A stretch of 64,000 bases of DNA from Balanoglossus misakiensis. Taxonomy: Eukaryota > Animalia > Hemichordata. The notes under the pieces are model-generated. The model was not told the DNA's origin and did not search any database. It worked only from the letters and a program-made list of their open reading frames with translations. Shown here in pieces: positions 1 to 13,720 of this stretch (its first letter is position 1; the number at the start of each line of letters is the position of its first letter). Location of the stretch: the NCBI GenBank assembly GCA_040954595.2, contig CM082589.2, positions 8,878,894 to 8,942,893 of the forward strand, given 5' to 3'. Position numbers and translations under genes: made by a program.

Positions 1-3000
1 CCTGACTGTCGTCTGTCTTAGGTCACCACTTCATAAGCGGTCTTACCCGTCATTGGCACAAACAGTCTCAGGAAGTAAGCTTTCAGCCTACCAATGTAGC
101 TATGGTATTTTCCACTTTTTGTAAGTGAAGCCTGACTGTCGCCTGTCTTAGGTCACCACTTCATAAGCGGTCTTACCCGTCATTGGCACAAACAGTCTCA
201 GGACGTAAGCTTTCAGCCTACCAATGTAGCTATTGTATTTTCCACTTTTTATAAGTGAAGCCTGACTGTCGCCTGTCTTAGGTCACCACTTCATAAGCGG
301 TCTTACCCGTCATTGGCACAAACAGTCACAGGAAGTAAGCTTTCAGCCTACCAATGTAGCTATTGTATTTTCCACTTTTTGTAAGTGAAGCCTGACTGTC
401 GCCTGTCTTAGGTCACCACTTCATAAGCGGTCTTACCCGTCATTGGCACAAACAGTCTCAGGAAGTAAGCTTTCAGCCTACCGATGTAGCTATTTTATTT
501 TCCACTTTTTGTAAGTGAAGCCTGACTGTCGCCTGTCTTAGGTCACCACTTCATAAGCGGTCTTACCCGTCATTGGCACAAACAGTCTCAGGAAGTAAGC
601 TTTCAGCCTACCGATGTAGCTATTGTGTTTTCCACTTTTTGTAAGTGAAGCCTGACTGTCGCCTGTCTTAGGTCACCGCTTCATAAGCGGTCTTACCCGT
701 CATTGGCATAAACAGTCTCAGGAAGTAAGCTTTCAGCCTACCAATGTAGCTATTATATTTTCCACTTTTTGTAAGTGAAGCCTGACTGTCGCCTGTCTTA
801 GGTCACCACTTCATAAGCGGTCTTACCTGTCATTGGCACAAACAGTCTTAGGAAGTAAGCTTTCAGCCTACCAATGTAGCTATTGTATTTTCCACTTTTT
901 GTAAGTGAAGCCTGACTGTCGCCTGTCTTAGGTCACCACTTCATAAGCGGTCTTACCCGTCATTGGCACAAACAGTCTCAGGAAGTAAGCTTTCAGCCTA
1001 CCAATGTAGCTATTGTATTTTCCAATTTTTGTAAGTGAAGCCTGACTGTCGCCTGTCTTAGGTCACCACTTCATAAGCGGTCTTACCCGTCATTGGCACA
1101 AACAGTCTCAGGAAGTAAGCTTTCAGCCTACCAATGTAGCTATTGTATTTTATAATTTTTGTATGTGAAGCCTGACTGTCGCCTGTCTTAGGTCACCACT
1201 TCATAAGCGGTCTTACCCGTCATTGGCACAAACAGTCTCAGGAAGTAAGCTTTCAGCCTACCAATGAAGCTATTGTATTTTCCACTTTTTGTAAGTGAAG
1301 CCTGACTGTCGCCTGTCTTAGGTCACCACTTCATAAGTGGTCTTACCTGTCATTGGCACAAACAGTCTCAGGAAGTAAGCTTTCAGCCTACCAATGTAGC
1401 TATTGTATTTTCCACTTTTTGTAAGTGAAGCCTGACTGTCGTCTGTCTTAGGTCACCACTTCATAAGCGGTCTTACCCGTCATTGGCACAAACAGTCTCA
1501 GGAAGTAAGCTTTCAGCCTACCAATGTAGCTATGGTATTTTCCACTTTTTGTAAGTGAAGCCTGACTGTCGCCTGTCTTAGGTCACCACTTCATAAGCGG
1601 TCTTACCCGTCATTGGCACAAACAGTCTCAGGACGTAAGCTTTCAGCCTACCAATGTAGCTATTGTATTTTCCACTTTTTATAAGTGAAGCCTGACTGTC
1701 GCCTGTCTTAGGTCACCACTTCATAAGCGGTCTTACCCGTCATTGGCACAAACAGTCACAGGAAGTAAGCTTTCAGCCTACCAATGTAGCTATTGTATTT
1801 TCCACTTTTTGTAAGTGAAGCCTGACTGTCGCCTGTCTTAGGTCACCACTTCATAAGCGGTCTTACCCGTCATTGGCACAAACAGTCTCAGGAAGTAAGC
1901 TTTCAGCCTACCGATGTAGCTATTTTATTTTCCACTTTTTGTAAGTGAAGCCTGACTGTCGCCTGTCTTAGGTCACCACTTCATAAGCGGTCTTACCCGT
2001 CATTGGCACAAACAGTCTCAGGAAGTAAGCTTTCAGCCTACCGATGTAGCTATTGTGTTTTCCACTTTTTGTAAGTGAAGCCTGACTGTCGCCTGTCTTA
2101 GGTCACCGCTTCATAAGCGGTCTTACCCGTCATTGGCATAAACAGTCTCAGGAAGTAAGCTTTCAGCCTACCAATGTAGCTATTATATTTTCCACTTTTT
2201 GTAAGTGAAGCCTGACTGTCGCCTGTCTTAGGTCACCACTTCATAAGCGGTCTTACCTGTCATTGGCACAAACAGTCTTAGGAAGTAAGCTTTCAGCCTA
2301 CCAATGTAGCTATTGTATTTTCCACTTTTTGTAAGTGAAGCCTGACTGTCGCCTGTCTTAGGTCACCACTTCATAAGCGGTCTTACCCGTCATTGGCACA
2401 AACAGTCTCAGGAAGTAAGCTTTCAGCCTACCAATGTAGCTATTGTATTTTCCAATTTTTGTAAGTGAAGCCTGACTGTCGCCTGTCTTAGGTCACCACT
2501 TCATAAGCGGTCTTACCCGTCATTGGCACAAACAGTCTCAGGAAGTAAGCTTTCAGCCTACCAATGTAGCTATTATATTTTCCACTTTTTGTAAGTGAAG
2601 CCTGACTGTCGCCTGTCTTAGGTCAGCACTTCATAAGCGGTCTTACCTGTCATTGGCACAAACAGTCTCAGGAAGTAAGCTTTCAGCCTACCAATGTAGC
2701 TATTGTATTTTCCACTTTTTGTAAGTGAAGCCTGACTGTCGCCTGTCTTAGGTCACCACTTCATAAGCAGTCTTACCCGTCATTGGCACAAACAGTCTCA
2801 GGAAGTAAGCTTTCAGCCTACCAATGTAGCTATTGTATTTTCCAATTTTTGTAAGTGAAGCCTGACTGTCGCCTGTCTTAGGTCACCACTTCATAAGCGG
2901 TCTTACCCGTCATTGGCACAAACAGTCTCAGGAAGTAAGCTTTCAGCCTACCAATGTAGCTATTGTATTTTCCACTTTTTGTAAGTGAAGCCTGACTGTC

Positions 3001-6000
3001 GCCTGTCTTAGATCACCACTTCATAAGCAGTCTTACCCGTCATTGGCACAAACAGTCTCAGGAAGTAAGCTTTCAGCCTACCAATGAAGCTATTGTATTT
3101 TCCACTTTTTGTAAGTGAAGCCTGACTGTCGCCTGTCTTAGGTCACCACTTCATAAGCGGTCTTACCCGTCATTGGCACAAACAGTCTCAGGAAGTAAGC
3201 TTTCAGCCTACCAATGTAGCTATTGTATTTTCCACTTTTTGTAAGTGAAGCCTGACTGTCGCCTGTCTTAGGTCACCGCTTCATAAGCGGTCTTACCCGT
3301 CATTGGAACAAACAGTCTCAGGACGTAAGCTTTCAGCCTACCAATGTAGCTATTGTATTTTCCACTTTTTGTAAGTGAAGCCTGACTGTCGCCTGTCTTA
3401 GGTCACCACTTCATAAGCAGTCTTACCCGTCATTGGCACAAACAGTCTCAGGAAGTAAGCTTTCAGCCTACCAATGTAGCTATTGTATTTTCCACTTTTT
3501 GTAAGTGAAGCCTGACTGTCGCCTGTCTTAGGTCACCACTTCATAAGCGGTCTTACCCGTCATTGGCACAAACAGTCTCAGGAAGTAAGCTTTCAGCCTA
3601 CCAATGTAGCTATTGTATTTTCCACTTTTTGTAAGTGAAGCCTGACTGTCGCCTGTCTTAGGTCACCACTTCATAAGCGGTCTTACCCGTCATTGGCACA
3701 AACAGTCTCAGGAAGTAAGCTTTCAGCCTACCAATGAAGCTATTGAATTTTCCACTTTTTGTAAGTGAAGCCTGACTGTCGCCTATGTCTTAGGTCACCA
3801 CTTCATAAGCGGTCTTACCCGTCATTGGCACAAACAGTCTCAGGAAGTAAGCTTTCAGCCTACCAATGTAGCTATTGTATTTTCCACTTTTTGTAAGTGA
3901 AGTCTGACTGTCGCCTGTCTTAGGTCACCACTTCATAAGCGGTCTTACCCGTCATTGGCACAAACAGTCTCAGGACGTAAGCTTTCAGCCTACCAATGTA
4001 GCTATTGTATTTTCCACTTTTTGTAAGTGAAGCCTGACTGTCGCCTGTCTTAGGTCACCACTTCATAAGCGGTCTTACCCGTCATTGGCACAAACAGTCT
4101 CAGGAAGTAAGCTTTCAGCCTACCAATGTAGCTATTGTATTTTCCACTTTTTGTAAGTGAAGCCTGACTGTCGCCTGTCTTAGGTCACCACTTCATAAGC
4201 GGTCTTACCCGTCATTGGCACAAACAGTCTCAGGAAGTAAGCTTTCAGCCTACCAATGTAGCTATTGTATTTTCCACTTTTTGTAAGTGAAGCCTGACTG
4301 TCGCCTGTCTTAGGTCACCACTTCATAAGCGGTCTTACCCGTCATTGGCACAAACAGTCTCAGGAAGTAAGCTTTCAGCCTACCAATGAAGCTATTGAAT
4401 TTTCCACTTTTTGTAAGTGAAGCCTGACTGTCGCCTATGTCTTAGGTCACCACTTCATAAGCGGTCTTACCCGTCATTGGCACAAACAGTCTCAGGAAGT
4501 AAGCTTTCAGCCTACCAATGTAGCTATTGTATTTTCCACTTTTTATAAGTGAAGCCTGACTGTCGCCTGTCTTAGGTCACCACTTCATAAGCGGTCTTAC
4601 CCGTCATTGGCACAAACAGTCACAGGAAGTAAGCTTTCAGCCTACCAATGTAGCTATTGTATTTTCCACTTTTTGTAAGTGAAGCCTGACTGTCGCCTGT
4701 CTTAGGTCACCACTTCATAAGCGGTCTTACCCGTCATTGGCACAAACAGTCTCAGGAAGTAAGCTTTCAGCCTACCAATGTAGCTATTTTATTTTCCACT
4801 TTTTGTAAGTGAAGCCTGACTGTCGCCTGTCTTAGGTCACCACTTCATAAGCGGTCTTACCCGTCATTGGCACAAACAGTCTCAGGAAGTAAGCTTTCAG
4901 CCTACCGATGTAGCTATTGTGTTTTCCACTTTTTGTAAGTGAAGCCTGACTGTCGCCTGTCTTAGGTCACCGCTTCATAAGCGGTCTTACCCGTCATTGG
5001 CATAAACAGTCTCAGGAAGTAAGCTTTCAGCCTACCAATGTAGCTATTATATTTTCCACTTTTTGTAAGTGAAGCCTGACTGTCGCCTGTCTTAGGTCAC
5101 CACTTCATAAGCGGTCTTACCTGTCATTGGCACAAACAGTCTTAGGAAGTAAGCTTTCAGCCTACCAATGTAGCTATTGTATTTTCCACTTTTTGTAAGT
5201 GAAGCCTGACTGTCGCCTGTCTTAGGTCACCACTTCATAAGCGGTCTTACCCGTCATTGGCACAAACAGTCTCAGGAAGTAAGCTTTCAGCCTACCAATG
5301 TAGCTATTGTATTTTCCAATTTTTGTAAGTGAAGCCTGACTGTCGCCTGTCTTAGGTCACCACTTCATAAGCGGTCTTACCCGTCATTGGCACAAACAGT
5401 CTCAGGAAGTAAGCTTTCAGCCTACCAATGTAGCTATTATATTTTCCACTTTTTGTAAGTGAAGCCTGACTGTCGCCTGTCTTAGGTCAGCACTTCATAA
5501 GCAGTCTTACCTGTCATTGGCACAAACAGTCTCAGGAAGTAAGCTTTCAGCCTACCAATGTAGCTATTGTATTTTCCACTTTTTGTAAGTGAAGCCTGAC
5601 TGTCGCCTGTCTTAGGTCACCACTTCATAAGCGGTCTTACCCGTCATTGGCACAAACAGTCTCAGGAAGTAAGCTTTCAGCCTACCAATGTAGCTATTGT
5701 ATTTTCCAATTTTTGTAAGTGAAGCCTGACTGTCGCCTGTCTTAGGTCACCACTTCATAAGCGGTCTTACCCGTCATTGGCACAAACAGTCTCAGGAAGT
5801 AAGCTTTCAGCCTACCAATGTAGCTATTGTATTTTCCACTTTTTGTAAGTGAAGCCTGACTGTCGCCTGTCTTAGATCACCACTTCATAAGCAGTCTTAC
5901 CCGTCATTGGCACAAACAGTCTCAGGAAGTAAGCTTTCAGCCTACCAATGAAGCTATTGTATTTTCCACTTTTTGTAAGTGAAGCCTGACTGTCGCCTGT

Positions 6001-7633
6001 CTTAGGTCACCACTTCATAAGCGGTCTTACCCGTCATTGGCACAAACAGTCTCAGGAAGTAAGCTTTCAGCCTACCAATGTAGCTATTGTATTTTCCACT
6101 TTTTGTAAGTGAAGCCTGACTGTCGCCTGTCTTAGGTCACCGCTTCATAAGCGGTCTTACCCGTCATTGGAACAAACAGTCTCAGGACGTAAGCTTTCAG
6201 CCTACCAATGTAGCTATTGTATTTTCCACTTTTTGTAAGTGAAGCCTGACTGTCGCCTGTCTTAGGTCACCACTTCATAAGCAGTCTTACCCGTCATTGG
6301 CACAAACAGTCTCAGGAAGTAAGCTTTCAGCCTACCAATGTAGCTATTGTATTTTCCACTTTTTGTAAGTGAAGCCTGACTGTCGCCTGTCTTAGGTCAC
6401 CACTTCATAAGCGGTCTTACCCGTCATTGGCACAAACAGTCTCAGGAAGTAAGCTTTCAGCCTACCAATGTAGCTATTGTATTTTCCACTTTTTGTAAGT
6501 GAAGCCTGACTGTCGCCTGTCTTAGGTCACCACTTCATAAGCGGTCTTACCCGTCATTGGCACAAACAGTCTCAGGAAGTAAGCTTTCAGCCTACCAATG
6601 AAGCTATTGAATTTTCCACTTTTTGTAAGTGAAGCCTGACTGTCGCCTATGTCTTAGGTCACCACTTCATAAGCGGTCTTACCCGTCATTGGCACAAACA
6701 GTCTCAGGAAGTAAGCTTTCAGCCTACCAATGTAGCTATTGTATTTTCCACTTTTTGTAAGTGAAGTCTGACTGTCGCCTGTCTTAGGTCACCACTTCAT
6801 AAGCGGTCTTACCCGTCATTGGCACAAACAGTCTCAGGACGTAAGCTTTCAGCCTACCAATGTAGCTATTGTATTTTCCACTTTTTGTAAGTGAAGCCTG
6901 ACTGTCGCCTGTCTTAGGTCACCACTTCATAAGCGGTCTTACCCGTCATTGGCACAAACAGTCTCAGGAAGTAAGCTTTCAGCCTACCAATGTAGCTATT
7001 GTATTTTCCACTTTTTGTAAGTGAAGCCTGACTGTCGCCTGTCTTAGGTCACCACTTCATAAGCGGTCTTACCCGTTATTGGCACAAACAGTCTCAGGAA
7101 GTAAGCTTTCAGCCTACCAATGAAGCTATTGAATTTTCCACTTTTTGTAAGTGAAGCCTGACTGTCGCCTATGTCTTAGGTCACCACTTCATAAGCTGTC
7201 TTACCCGTCATTGGCACAAACAGTCTCAGGAAGTAAGCTTTCAGCCTACCAATGTAGCTATTGTATTTTCCACTTTTTGTAAGTGAAGCCTGACTGTCGC
7301 CTGTCTTAGGTCACCACTTCATAAGCGGTCTTACCCGTCATTGGCACAAACAGTCTCAGGAAGTAAGCTTTCAGCCTACCAATGTAGCTATTGTATTTTC
7401 CACTTTTTGTAAGTGAAGCCTGACTGTCGCCTGTCTTAGGTCACCACTTCATAAGCGGTCTTACCCGTCATTGGCACAAACAGTCTCAGGAAGTAAGCTT
7501 TCAGCCTACCAATGTAGCTATTGTATTTTCCACTTTTTGTAAGTGAAGCCTGACTGTCGCCTGTCTTAGGTCACCACTTCATAAGCGGTCTTACCCGTCA
7601 TTGGCACAAACAGTCTGATGAAGTAAGCTTTCA
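1..7633. repeat. 130-bp satellite DNA array (~58 monomers, open at the window start)
   Basis: Monomer cctgactgtcgcctgtcttaggtcaccacttcataagcgg...ccactttttgtaagtgaag recurs every 130 bp with only scattered substitutions and a few 2-bp insertions (gcctatgtct). The last, divergent monomer ends near 7633. Confidence 0.98.
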
Positions 7634-8723
7634 GCCGAACCGGACCCAAGGACACCGACCCATCATTATACCTTTCAACAACAGGTACAGCAAGAAGAGA
7701 AATTAACATAACACAACAGCCAGAAATTATGGATTCAATGACAACAGCAGGATTGACATCAATGAAAACCTTACACAAAGAAGAAAATCGTTCGGACGTC
7801 CCATGGCATTGCAGTGAAACTGGGCCATAAAGGTCCAAACAATGAGGCTGACCACATGGTTACAGCTCCAATTACGGCAACTGTAAAGTGTAGTGGAACT
7901 GCAGATGACTGACGTTGCCCAGGGCAACAGCGAACCAGGACCCTGGAGGGCAGAGCAGCGGGACCTGATTGACAGGAGCTGTACCGGTACATAGCAGTTG
8001 TGAACATAGTATATGAAATAATTTAAAATAGTCATTGCTCACTGGGTCCATCATTTTTAGTAGAAGTGACCTGATTTCACATCAATAGTTTACCTCCCGT
8101 CATTTCCAGCTAATTTCATGTAGTACAAAACTCCTATACAACATAATGACATTTCTAGAACCTTTTTTTGCTGGTTGGGCTGACAGACTAACACTAGTGG
8201 TTCTAAAAAGAAACTTCCATAACAACCTGTACACTTGACACGTTCAAGTCAAGGCAGACCTAACCCATTCAAATATGCAAATTAGGAAAAGACGCATACA
8301 TGCATTCCTTGCATCCCCAGAGACACACACAGGAAATCAAGCGAGTGCGGCCACTAGCTGGAAGAGCTGAATTCAATGCATTGCCTTGCGATGTTCATGA
8401 TACAGGGGGGTTATGATCAATGAACAGAACAGCGGTCCACTTTCACGAGTTGTAGTGCACTGATCGTGGCAAGTTGATCATGGCAAAACAAACGACTATG
8501 TTAGATAGCAGTGCTTCGCAAGTTTGGCTAATTTGTATGAAAATCATCTCGGCAAACAGTGCACTACCTTTTTCTCGCATTTGCGATTTGGCGAGCGGGT
8601 AGCGAAAACACTGCTGGCTAATCCGTTCCGATTTCTGTCACTGTTCCAATTCTTCCTCAACACCTCAAAGCTACACACCCCTACTAGAAAATGGCATGAA
8701 TTCTTGACGGACGGAAGTAGTAG

Positions 8724-11700
8724 CAGTCGAGAAACTGGGTAGTGAATTTGCATATTTTATCATCGCTGGAGCCTCGCTTTCAAACACGCGGGAGATGCAA
8801 ACATGGCGTTCGCTACCCTCGCCGTTGTCATGTAAACACATTTTTAGAAGTGGTTTATCTCAGTTAAAAACCCCAAAAGAAAAAGAAAAATCAACTTTTC
8901 TGGGGTATTATAAAGTAATTATTGGGATAACGAACAAATCCGTCATTTTTAGCGTCATTTTCTTGCAATTCACGACCTATCTCGGCACCAGTCATTACGG
9001 TGATTTATCACGCTAAGACGGGCCAACTTTCAGCGAACGGGTACGGGTCAAGGAGGTCGTGAGCCATCACGATATATCAATCACATGATTTGGAAAGTTC
9101 AAGGGTACTTCAGTCCAAATATGGGAGTAGTGCCGCCTTGCAAACGCAAACGACGCAGTGTTGACTGATCCAGGTCACTTACTTCCGGGTTTCGATGTTG
9201 CGCGCGATGTGTATGCGTTGAAGTTAGTCATGCGTACAGGTCTGTAGGTTCCCGGTGTTAATTAAAGCCGCCCGGCCGCGAACCACACGATGTGAGCTAA
9301 AGCCCAACATGCACGACCCAGTCCACCAGGGCTACAATTATTGCGGCTACGGTTATGCGAAATACTGACTCTCCTTGCAAGTCACCGCATATGTTGCATG
9401 CCCCCCCCCCCCCCCCCCGCCACGTACAGCCACACTGAGTTAGTAACATTGGCAAATACATTTGCTAGTTTTACCCAGCAATTTCATCATCACTGTCAAG
9501 GTCCTATCATCAACTTCGAGAACATTTTCTTCTGGTAAATCATATTCTTGTTCATCCTCAATAATTTCTTCTATTTCACAATTTGTGATTTCATTATCAT
9601 CATTATTTGTTTCTTCTTCAATAATTTCATCAGTTTCTGTCTGCAGTTCCCTGCCCTTGTTATTGTATTGTTCACACAGTTCAGGCAATTACAACCTGGG
9701 CCACACATCATGCCCTTCTTTTTGCATTTACATGTATTATTCCTGCATCCTGTTTTCTTACATTTACACCCTTTTGTGTAAAACATCACACACTTTTGAA
9801 CCTTCTCCATATTTTCCACAGAATCCCACAGTATATTTATTTTCCCATTTTCCACATTGTATCCCGAGTTTTCATAAGGAGGAAGTGTAATGTGATGTCG
9901 GTGAGCTTGTGACCAATAACATGGGTTCTCCAACAACCAGTTTGTCCCCAACATGCATTGCATTGCTGTTTTGATTATAATTATTTCATCCAGCTCAGCC
10001 TCTGGATTAAAATTATCAAATTATCTTGACGTTTACATATAATGTTTGATAACCCTGTGTTACTTCAGTGACAATTGTTTTCTTTTCATTTTTCTACTGT
10101 GCGGTACAAAGACATGTAGCACTTTTTACGTAGTGTGCGTGTTTCATCCAGTTTTAATCCAGGATAGTCCCCATGTTCAGTAAAGTGCTCCATTAGTAAC
10201 TCTGGATTGTGGGGATATTTTAGAGTAGAAGAGGTCAAGCGTTTATGACAATGGCTAGAAATCTGGTTTTATCATCCACCCTGGTTTTGTGGCAAGAGAC
10301 ATTTCCACAAATGTGACACGTTTTGTCTTTTTGATGAGGTGCCTGTTCGGTACTACCCTGGGCTTGTGCTTCAAAGTCTTTTTCTACACATATTCTGCAG
10401 CTATTGCATAGACAACCAGATTGAGATAAATTCATTTCTTTTACAACCAAATCTTTGAAATTGTCTGGCTTATTTACTGTACCCGGTATGTGGTACCATC
10501 TTGGAGTTGATGATATGCTACACTTCTTTTGGGTCCGCATTTTTCTTTGTCAGGGTGAGCCTGCTGACTTAATGGAAGAACTCCTCCAAACCCACTAATA
10601 TAAATGTATAAATGCATCCCCCCTTTTGTTGGTATATTTATTTGTCCGTACAAGGGTTTTCCCTGAAAGAATAATTTGAAGCTATCAGTATTCAAATTTA
10701 ATTCCTCAGATATTACATTTTTCAAGGAGCTGACATATGGATCTGTGAGCCGAAAAAAATACTCATGTGAATTTAGATGAACAATTATGTCACATCCACT
10801 TGCAATCTTTTTATCAGATTGAATTGCCTTGAATTTTGATTTGAGTCTACAGAATCTGCTTTGTATGTCACATAACAGGAGTAAGGCTTGACTGCATTGT
10901 GACAAACGTTTTTTAATCATGGTTTCTGCCATAATAATGGACTTGTCTTTTATAAATTCTTGGTGACGCTTATGGCAATGATGTTTTAGAGGTCCTGACA
11001 TTTTGCACACAGACTGCAGCAATTTTTTAAACTCTTGCAGTTGATTACACAGTTTTTATTTGTTTCACTACATTATTTTTTACTTTACTCTTATCCCGCA
11101 TTTTTTAATACAAATATTATATCGATGCTCTGCCAGTCGTAAAAATGTGGAAATATGGTACTTGTAAGCTTTGTAATTATTAAATGAAGGCTTGCTAGCA
11201 CTTTTAAGCACATTTAAAATATTTGCAACTTTTGTTTTTATTTCAGTTGAGTTTGTATACAGAACCTTGTTTTTTTCCACTTCAGAGCAGGTTTTGTTAA
11301 TTTGCAACAGTGCATTTTTACTGACAGAGTTTATGCGTGAACGATGCACCCTCTTTGTCCACAAAGACAAGGATTGACTCCACATACAATCACCATTTTT
11401 ATGTGTTTTATGGTTATCTGTAGTACAAACATGTACTTAGTAGTATAACCCTGGAAGCCAACAATGCACCAATAAATCCGAAAAAAATCCACTTCTCTGG
11501 TAAAACAATAGCAAAGTGATAGCTATGTTAATGTGAGACGAAAATATACACGATTTAGTCATACATAAGTCCAAAGAATCATGCGTGGATGCACCTCAGT
11601 GACACAATCACGATCCGATGAGAGAGTAAACAATCAGCCGCCATATTGGATTTTGCTGGCGTCGACCACCCAAAACATACTCAAATTCAATGGCCCGAAA

Positions 11701-12072
11701 CTCCACTTTGGGAAGCTTGAGCCAAAACGAAACGATATCCGTTCAAAATATAAGATATAAAACTAATACAAAAAGCACACTTGAAACAATTGTATGCTTG
11801 CAAACGGAAACGACGCAGTGTTTATTTTACCACATTCGCTAGACGTCGCTTACAAATGATATCAGAGATCGAACAGAAATACGATAAATTTTCCACTTTC
11901 AACACGATCGGACGATAGGTTACGTCTATCAAACCTGAGGAACGCAGTTTGGTGGCACAAATGTCACCTTTTGGTGTAGAAAAAGACGATTTTCTGAAAC
12001 TGAAAAAATACACCAACGGTTCTCCAAGTAATGGTGGCGCTGTTGAAATTCAAAGTAAAATCTCATTAACAT
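8724..12072 (-). mobile_element. Academ-like DNA transposon deletion derivative, copy 1 (right TIR removed by the duplication junction)
   Basis: Left TIR cagtcgagaaactgggtagtgaatttgcatat preceded by gtag; essentially identical to 13721-17069. Confidence 0.8.
9440..11385 (-). pseudogene. Fragmented transposase remnant: ubiquitin-like domain, Cys/His zinc-finger segments, C-terminal Cys8 (CXC/TCR-like) finger and acidic tail; catalytic core missing
   Basis: Frameshifted ORFs 10474-11022 (FKLFFQGKPL...YISGFGG), 10235-10540 (CLCNSC, CHIC), 9571-9963 (YWSQA..LPP..GY..W..KGCKCKKTGCRNNTCKCKKKGMMCGPGCNCLNCVN) and 9440-9688 (acidic). A terminal Cys8 finger is typical of animal Academ proteins. Confidence 0.7.
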
Positions 12073-12629
12073 TATTGGCACAAACAGTCTCAGGAAGTAA
12101 GCTTTCAGCCTACCAATGAAGCTATTGAATTTTCCACTTTTTGTAAGTGAAGCCTGACTGTCGCCTATGTCTTAGGTCACCACTTCATAAGCTGTCTTAC
12201 CCGTCATTGGCACAAACAGTCTCAGGAAGTAAGCTTTCAGCCTACCAATGTAGCTATTGTATTTTCCACTTTTTGTAAGTGAAGCCTGACTGTCGCCTGT
12301 CTTAGGTCACCACTTCATAAGCGGTCTTACCCGTCATTGGCACAAACAGTCTCAGGAAGTAAGCTTTCAGCCTACCAATGTAGCTATTGTATTTTCCACT
12401 TTTTGTAAGTGAAGCCTGACTGTCGCCTGTCTTAGGTCACCACTTCATAAGCGGTCTTACCCGTCATTGGCACAAACAGTCTCAGGAAGTAAGCTTTCAG
12501 CCTACCAATGTAGCTATTGTATTTTCCACTTTTTGTAAGTGAAGCCTGACTGTCGCCTGTCTTAGGTCACCACTTCATAAGCGGTCTTACCCGTCATTGG
12601 CACAAACAGTCTGATGAAGTAAGCTTTCA
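12073..12629. repeat. About 4 satellite monomers (130 bp) carried in the duplication
   Basis: Same monomer and same variants as 7077-7633. Confidence 0.97.
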
Positions 12630-13720
12630 GCCGAACCGGACCCAAGGACACCGACCCATCATTATACCTTTCAACAACAGGTACAGCAAGAAGAGAAATT
12701 AACATAACACAACAGCCAGAAATTATGGATTCAATGACAACAGCAGGATTGACATCAATGAAAACCTTACACAAAGAAGAAAATCGTTCGGACGTCCCAT
12801 GGCATTGCAGTGAAACTGGGCCATAAAGGTCCAAACAATGAGGCTGACCACATGGTTACAGCTCCAATTACGGCAACTGTAAAGTGTAGTGGAACTGCAG
12901 ATGACTGACGTTGCCCAGGGCAACAGCGAACCAGGACCCTGGAGGGCAGAGCAGCGGGACCTGATTGACAGGAGCTGTACCGGTACATAGCAGTTGTGAA
13001 CATAGTATATGAAATAATTTAAAATAGTCATTGCTCACTGGGTCCATCATTTTCAGTAGAAGTGACCTGATTTCACATCAATAGTTTACCTCCCGTCATT
13101 TCCAGCTAATTTCATGTAGTACAAAACTCCTATACAACATAATGACATTTCTAGAACCTTTTTTTGCTGGTTGGGCTGACAGACTAACACTAGTGGTTCT
13201 AAAAAGAAACTTCCATAACAACCTGTACACTTGACACGTTCAAGTCAAGGCAGACCTAACCCATTCAAAATATGCAAATTAGGAAAAGACGCATACATGC
13301 ATTCCTTGCATCCCCAGAGACACACACAGGAAATCAAGCGAGTGCGGCCACTAGCTGGAAGAGCTGAATTCAATGCATTGCCTTGCGATGTTCATGATAC
13401 AGGGGGGTTATGATCAATGAACAGAACAGCGGTCCACTTTCACGAGTTGTAGTGCACTGATCGTGGCAAGTTGATCATGGCAAAACAAACGACTATGTTA
13501 GATAGCAGTGCTTCGCAAGTTTGGCTAATTTGTATGAAAATCATCTCGGCAAACAGTGCACTACCTTTTTCTCGCATTTGCGATTTGGCGAGCGGGTAGC
13601 GAAAACACTGCTGGCTAATCCGTTCCGATTTCTGTCACTGTTCCAATTCTTCCTCAACACCTCAAAGCTACACACCCCTACTAGAAAATGGCATGAATTC
13701 TTGACGGACGGAAGTAGTAG

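Noticed and set aside
1-7633. CRISPR-like array
   Set aside because: Monomers are contiguous with no unique spacers, there are no cas genes, and the context is eukaryotic.
7605-7650. Hammerhead ribozyme (CTGATGA core in the last satellite monomer)
   Set aside because: It is followed by GAAC rather than GAAA, no convincing stem III or NUH site was found, and the other monomers read ctcagga.
9571-9963. Host tesmin/LIN54 CXC gene
   Set aside because: It is a single Cys cluster in a frameshifted remnant between TIRs, without the paired CXC-hinge layout.
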